The notes under the pieces were generated by a model that did no database searches, was not told the DNA's origin, and saw only the letters and a list, made by a program, of their open reading frames with translations. Of a DNA stretch of 58,632 bases, positions 54,205-58,632 are shown one piece after another; within the stretch, counting starts at the first letter, position 1; every line of letters begins with the position of its first letter. Position numbers and translations under genes: made by a program. Source of the stretch: Patescibacteria group bacterium (GTDB taxonomy: Bacteria > Patescibacteriota > Minisyncoccia > Phycocordibacterales > SBAW01); contig JAIEMM010000005.1 in the NCBI GenBank assembly GCA_019752125.1, positions 1 through 58,632 of the forward strand, in the 5' to 3' direction.

Positions 54205-56553
54205 ATGAAGCTTGTAATTGTTGAGTCCCCAGCAAAAGCAAAGACGATCGAAAAGTATCTGAAGGAGGTAGATGCCGCCGGTGACTTTATCGTACGCGCA
54301 TCAGTGGGCCATGTACGCGACCTCCCCAAGAGCAACAAGAAAGCTATCGACATCGAGGCTGGCTTCGTGCCGCACTACGAGGTGGTGCCTGGCAAACAAG
54401 AAGTAATCAGCGACCTCAAAGCACTCGCAAAAAAAGCTGATGAAGTTATCCTCGCAACCGACCCCGACCGTGAGGGTGAAGCTATCGCCTGGCACATCCA
54501 GGAGGAGCTAGGCCTTAAGAAACCAGAACGCATCGTCTTCCACGAAATCACCAAGGAGGCTATCCAAGAGGCACTCGAGCATCCGCGCAAAATTGATGAA
54601 AACCTCCGCCAAGCGCAGGAAGCACGCCGCGTGTTGGACCGCCTTGTAGGCTACGACCTCTCCGGCCTTATTTGGAAAAAGGTACGATACGGCCTGTCCG
54701 CTGGCCGCGTACAGTCTCCTGCACTCCGCATATTGATGGAGCGCGAGCGCGAAATTAGAAAATTCGTACCGCAAACATTCTATGTAGTTTCTGCTAACAC
54801 TGAAACAAAAAAGAAAGAGGGTCTCTCACTTACCGCAAACCGCGACTTGGGAGATAAAAATGATGCCGACAAAGTTATAGACCTTGTTAAAAAAGAAGGG
54901 CTCACAGTTGCAGGCGTCACAGAAACTGAAGCGAAGCGCTCAACTCGCGCACCTTTCACAACCTCGACTCTTCAGCAGGCGGCGAGCTCCCGCCTTGGCT
55001 TCTCCCCTGCCAACACTATGCGCATTGCGCAGAAACTCTACGAAGCCGGCCATATCACCTATATGCGTACGGACTCGACCAACCTCGGCAAGCCAGCTCA
55101 GGCGGCGATTCTCAAACAAATAGAAAAGAAATACGGCAAGGAGTACGCCGTGCCACATGTATTTACTGCAAAATCTAAAAACGCTCAGGAGGCACACGAA
55201 GCTGTTCGCCCTACACACGTAGAAAAAGAATCGCTTGGCACAACTCCTGAACAAAAGCGTTTGTATGAACTTATTTGGGCGCGCACAGTTGCGTCACAAA
55301 TGGCAGATGCAAAAATACTCCGCACGCGCATTACTGCAAAAACAGACACAAATATTGTTGCGTATGAAAAGGCTCACGTAGAGTCGCACACAGGCGACGA
55401 TGAGGTGCAGGAAACTGAAGGTCAGTCGGATTTCGTTACCTACTCTCTTGAGTTTGGAAAAGATAAGAAAAAAGATGGAGATGATTTTGTATTCGTCGCA
55501 AACGGTTCCCGTGTTCTTTTTGACGGATGGCTTAAGGCCGACCCAGCTGCACGCGGAGAAGATGTTGAGCTTCCTGAAGTAAAAGAAGGCGAAACGCTTA
55601 AAGTGAATGATGTCCACGCTGATGCAAAGCAGACAACTCCTCCTCAACGCTACACAGAAGCAGGTCTTATTAAAGAACTTGAAAAACGCGGCATTGGCCG
55701 CCCTTCAACATACGCATCTATTATGCGAACGCTTGAAGTGCGCGGCTACGTTACAAAAGAAGGCCGTGCGCTTACGCCAACAGACACAGGCGATGTCGTT
55801 TCAACATTCTTGGAAGATAACTTCCCTACGTATATCAGCGATACTTTTACCGCAGAGATGGAAGACGAGCTCGACGACATCGCTCAAGGTAAGCGTGAAT
55901 ATGTAAAAACCCTTAAAGATTTCTACACTCCGTTTCTTAAAGAAATAAAAATAAAAGACAAAGAGGCTGGAAAGATTACAGACTTGGGGCCTGCTCCGGA
56001 AGAATTTACCTGCCCTATCTGCAACTCGCCGATGGTGTTCAAACTTTCTCGCCAAGGAAAGTTTATGAGCTGTTCTCGTTTCCCAGACTGTATGGGCGCA
56101 CGCACAGAGTTGGGTGAAGTTATTTCAAACGATCCCGCAAAACCAATAGGCACTCACCCAGAGACGGGGCTACCTATCTATATCCTTTCCGGCCGCTTTG
56201 GCCCGTATGTGCAGATGGGAGAAATGCCAACAGGCAAAGGTTCTACTAAAAAAGCAAAACCAAAACGCGCGTCAATTCCAAAAGAAAAAGATCCAGCAAC
56301 TCTTACAGTTGATGAAGCTGTTCACTATTTGGCACTTCCTCGTCTGCTCGGGACACACCCAGACACTGGCATAGATATCGTCGCCAACACTGGCCGCTTT
56401 GGCCCCTACATCGCCCACCTCACAAAACCTAAAGCTGACTTCCGTTCTATAAAACAAGAAAGCCCATACGATATCACCTTCGAACGCGCACTAGAAATTC
56501 TCAAAGAAGAAAAGAAACGCCGCGGCTTCCGCGCAAAGAAAGTAGCTGAATAA
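54205..56553 (+). CDS. topA: DNA topoisomerase I
   Basis: IVESPAKAKTI, DPDREGE, SAGRVQS, ITYMRTDS, zinc ribbon, two C-terminal GRFGPY repeats. Confidence 0.97.
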   Translation: MKLVIVESPAKAKTIEKYLKEVDAAGDFIVRASVGHVRDLPKSNKKAIDIEAGFVPHYEVVPGKQEVISDLKALAKKADEVILATDPDREGEAIAWHIQEELGLKKPERIVFHEITKEAIQEALEHPRKIDENLRQAQEARRVLDRLVGYDLSGLIWKKVRYGLSAGRVQSPALRILMEREREIRKFVPQTFYVVSANTETKKKEGLSLTANRDLGDKNDADKVIDLVKKEGLTVAGVTETEAKRSTRAPFTTSTLQQAASSRLGFSPANTMRIAQKLYEAGHITYMRTDSTNLGKPAQAAILKQIEKKYGKEYAVPHVFTAKSKNAQEAHEAVRPTHVEKESLGTTPEQKRLYELIWARTVASQMADAKILRTRITAKTDTNIVAYEKAHVESHTGDDEVQETEGQSDFVTYSLEFGKDKKKDGDDFVFVANGSRVLFDGWLKADPAARGEDVELPEVKEGETLKVNDVHADAKQTTPPQRYTEAGLIKELEKRGIGRPSTYASIMRTLEVRGYVTKEGRALTPTDTGDVVSTFLEDNFPTYISDTFTAEMEDELDDIAQGKREYVKTLKDFYTPFLKEIKIKDKEAGKITDLGPAPEEFTCPICNSPMVFKLSRQGKFMSCSRFPDCMGARTELGEVISNDPAKPIGTHPETGLPIYILSGRFGPYVQMGEMPTGKGSTKKAKPKRASIPKEKDPATLTVDEAVHYLALPRLLGTHPDTGIDIVANTGRFGPYIAHLTKPKADFRSIKQESPYDITFERALEILKEEKKRRGFRAKKVAE

Positions 56554-56577
56554 AAAAATCCGGACATTCGTCCGGAT

Positions 56578-56916
56578 TCATTCTGTAAAGATGTACTTGT
56601 CCATAAGCTCTTCTGCGGTCTCCTCGGTGAGCCCAAGAAGGGTAAGGCTGAGGGTCGTGAAATCTCGAAGCTCTTTCATGTTCGTGAGCTGTGGCCCTCG
56701 ATACATCGACAGAACCTTGTGGTCAGGAGGTGAGGCATAGACCCTGAGTTTGATCAGGGCAGACTGTACCGACATGTCCAGGGCGCCGTCGGCCATCTCT
56801 TCGGCCACAAAGCCTGCTTCCATGGAACCCTCCAGACCATTCTGCCTGAGGATGTTCTGTTTGATTTCCGCAATTGCCTTCTTGCGCAAATGCTGATCGA
56901 TTACAATCTCAACCAT
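56578..56916 (-). CDS. Hypothetical protein (ORFan cassette)
   Basis: AAGGGAG RBS, TTGACA-16-TAGAAC promoter, terminator ATCCGGAC-ATTC-GTCCGGAT at 56558-56577. Confidence 0.6.
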   Translation of the reverse strand: MVEIVIDQHLRKKAIAEIKQNILRQNGLEGSMEAGFVAEEMADGALDMSVQSALIKLRVYASPPDHKVLSMYRGPQLTNMKELRDFTTLSLTLLGLTEETAEELMDKYIFTE

Positions 56917-57003
56917 TTTTTCTCCCTTGGAACTTAATTCATTTCTAGTTCTACTAAAAGCCCTGCTTTTGTCAATTAAACAACAAGGAGTAGACTAGGA
57001 GTA

Positions 57004-58581
57004 ATGCCAGACGTACAAGAAATACTCAGTCTTATGCATGGCCCGTCCAAACAGGACGCAGCCTTAATTGAGAAAGCGTATGCCTTCGCAGCAGAGGCCC
57101 ATAAAGATCATAAAAGGCTTTCTGGCGAACCGTACGTCACCCATCTAGTAGAGACCGCAAAAAGTCTCGCCAAGATAGGTATGAGCGCTAAGACAGTAGC
57201 CGCTGGGCTACTCCACGACTCCGTCGAGGATGTCGGAGTTAAACCAGAAACAATAGAGAGAGAATTTGATAAAGAGGTTCGCTTTTTGGTAGAAGGCGTC
57301 ACTAAGCTGGGTCAATTTAAATATCGCGGCACAGAACGCCATCGCGAAAGTCTTCGTAAACTTCTTGTGGCAACAGGTAAAGATGCGCGCGTACTCATCA
57401 TTAAGTTGATGGATCGCCTACACAACATGCGCACACTCGCGCACGTGCCAGAAGAAAAACGCAAACGTATCGCGCTTGAAACACTCGAAATCTACGCCGC
57501 TATCGCACACCGTCTTGGTATGGGTCTTGTTCGTCGTGAATTGGAGGATCTTGCCTTCCAACATGCGTACCCTGAACAATATACAGAGGCAAGAAAACTT
57601 TTAAGTGAGCGTTCTAAAGAAACGTCCGATCGGTTGGAAAAAATGTCACGTGCGCTCAAGACAGAGCTCGGTAAAAACGGTATCAAAGGCTTCCATGTTG
57701 AACAGCGCGTAAAAGGCCTGTGGAGCTTGTGGCAAAAACTCCAGCGCAAAGGTGGTGATATTGAAAACGTGTTCGATATAGCAGCGTTGCGCGTTATTGT
57801 TCCAGATATTACAGACTGTTATCGCGTGCTCGGCCTTGTACACAATCTCTGGCAGCCGCTACCAAATAAAATCAAAGACTATATCGCCTTTCCTAAACCA
57901 AACGGCTACCAAGGACTGCACACAACCATCTTTTCAGGCGACGGCGGCATAGTTGAAATACAAATCCGCACCGAAGACATGCATACAGAGGCACAGTTTG
58001 GTATTGCGGCGCACGTGAAATACAAAGAACCTCCTTTGCAAAGCACCAAAGAGGCGCCCTTGAAAGGCCAAGGGCGCGGAGGAACAAGCTTCGACTGGAT
58101 ACGCAGCCTTATTCCAGGGTTCCGAAAATCACATAACCCTTCGGGAGAAATAAAAGAAAAAGAAGATGTACGTTCTCGCTCCCGCTATGGCGCACCTGAA
58201 ACACCTACGTGGCTTTCAGAACTTGAAGACGAGACGAGTGACCCTGATTTTGAAATGACACTCAAGACCGATATCTTTACCCACCGCGTATTTGCCTTCA
58301 CTCCAAAAGGAGATGTGGTAGACCTACCTGCCAACTCAAGCCCAATAGACTTTGCGTATGCAATCCATTCAGACATTGGCGACCATGTCTTTGGTGCGAA
58401 AGTAAATGGCAAACTTGTTTCGCTCGACACAGTGCTCCACAATGGCGACATTGTTGAAATTCAAACAAAGAAAAATGCAAAACCTAAACCAAAATGGTTA
58501 GATTTTGCAAAAACCACACTTGCCAGACGCCATATCCGTAACGCTCTTGAAAGAGACGGGGCTTCTATCGCGCGGAAATAG
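57004..58581 (+). CDS. rel: RelA/SpoT homolog (HD, synthetase and TGS; lacks ZFD/ACT)
   Basis: SGEPY..H, LHDSVED, DRLHNMRTL, KDYIAFPKPNGYQGLHT, EIQIRT, DFAYAIHS. Confidence 0.93.
   Translation: MPDVQEILSLMHGPSKQDAALIEKAYAFAAEAHKDHKRLSGEPYVTHLVETAKSLAKIGMSAKTVAAGLLHDSVEDVGVKPETIEREFDKEVRFLVEGVTKLGQFKYRGTERHRESLRKLLVATGKDARVLIIKLMDRLHNMRTLAHVPEEKRKRIALETLEIYAAIAHRLGMGLVRRELEDLAFQHAYPEQYTEARKLLSERSKETSDRLEKMSRALKTELGKNGIKGFHVEQRVKGLWSLWQKLQRKGGDIENVFDIAALRVIVPDITDCYRVLGLVHNLWQPLPNKIKDYIAFPKPNGYQGLHTTIFSGDGGIVEIQIRTEDMHTEAQFGIAAHVKYKEPPLQSTKEAPLKGQGRGGTSFDWIRSLIPGFRKSHNPSGEIKEKEDVRSRSRYGAPETPTWLSELEDETSDPDFEMTLKTDIFTHRVFAFTPKGDVVDLPANSSPIDFAYAIHSDIGDHVFGAKVNGKLVSLDTVLHNGDIVEIQTKKNAKPKPKWLDFAKTTLARRHIRNALERDGASIARK
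58030..58082. repeat. In-frame palindromic insertion in rel
   Basis: CCTCC...GCGCCCTTG-AAAGGC-CAAGGGCGC-GGAGG just after the synthetase domain. Confidence 0.5.
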
Positions 58582-58632
58582 ACTAGAGAGAAAAACTACT
58601 TGGATCGAAGGTATTTTCGTCTGCGATTTTTT

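Noticed and set aside
2865-57749. Numerous long antisense or overlapping ORFs in the ORF track (e.g. 2865-3521, 48424-49113, 50341-51171)
   Set aside because: Shadow frames of well-supported genes on the opposite strand, with no motifs of their own.
6154-58581. Short UvrC, DnaX and Rel as truncated pseudogenes
   Set aside because: Catalytic motifs are intact and the ends are clean; compact forms are expected in reduced genomes.
1-58632. CRISPR array, prophage, integrase or transposase
   Set aside because: No regularly spaced direct repeats and no recognisable cas, phage structural, integrase or transposase ORFs were seen.

Overview
Gene-dense bacterial chromosomal segment. Gene content, short RSH/UvrC/DnaX proteins and many ORFans suggest Patescibacteria/CPR, Parcubacteria-like (inference). 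Core genes include ddl, uvrC/uvrA/uvrB, tgt, msrA, rarA, typA, an ABC-F ATPase, an rlmB-like methylase, lemA, dnaX, dus, serS, dprA, topA and rel, plus tRNA-Ala(TGC) and tRNA-Gln(TTG). Top observation: a stand-alone ~290-nt minus-strand RNA gene (31702-31990) with its own sigma70-type promoter, closing stem and intrinsic terminator. It reproduces the conserved motifs and helices of part of 23S rRNA domain I (about H12/13-H22) with compensatory base changes, so it looks like a mini rRNA-domain mimic rather than a decayed rRNA. Other notable items: (i) several families of palindromic elements lying in-frame inside conserved proteins (Tgt, ApbE, UvrA, UvrB, UvrC, DprA, Rel); (ii) a tRNA-Ala-adjacent operon of CofE-like ligase, archaeal-type SAM synthetase, HPrK-like kinase, HD hydrolase and GT-A glycosyltransferase; (iii) a 6S-like RNA candidate next to rarA; (iv) apparently leaderless core genes contrasting with self-contained Shine-Dalgarno-led single-gene ORFan cassettes; (v) a degenerate tRNA-Gln fragment; (vi) an ApbE flavinylation/RnfD-like redox module. 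All family calls come from motif recognition by eye; no searches were run.
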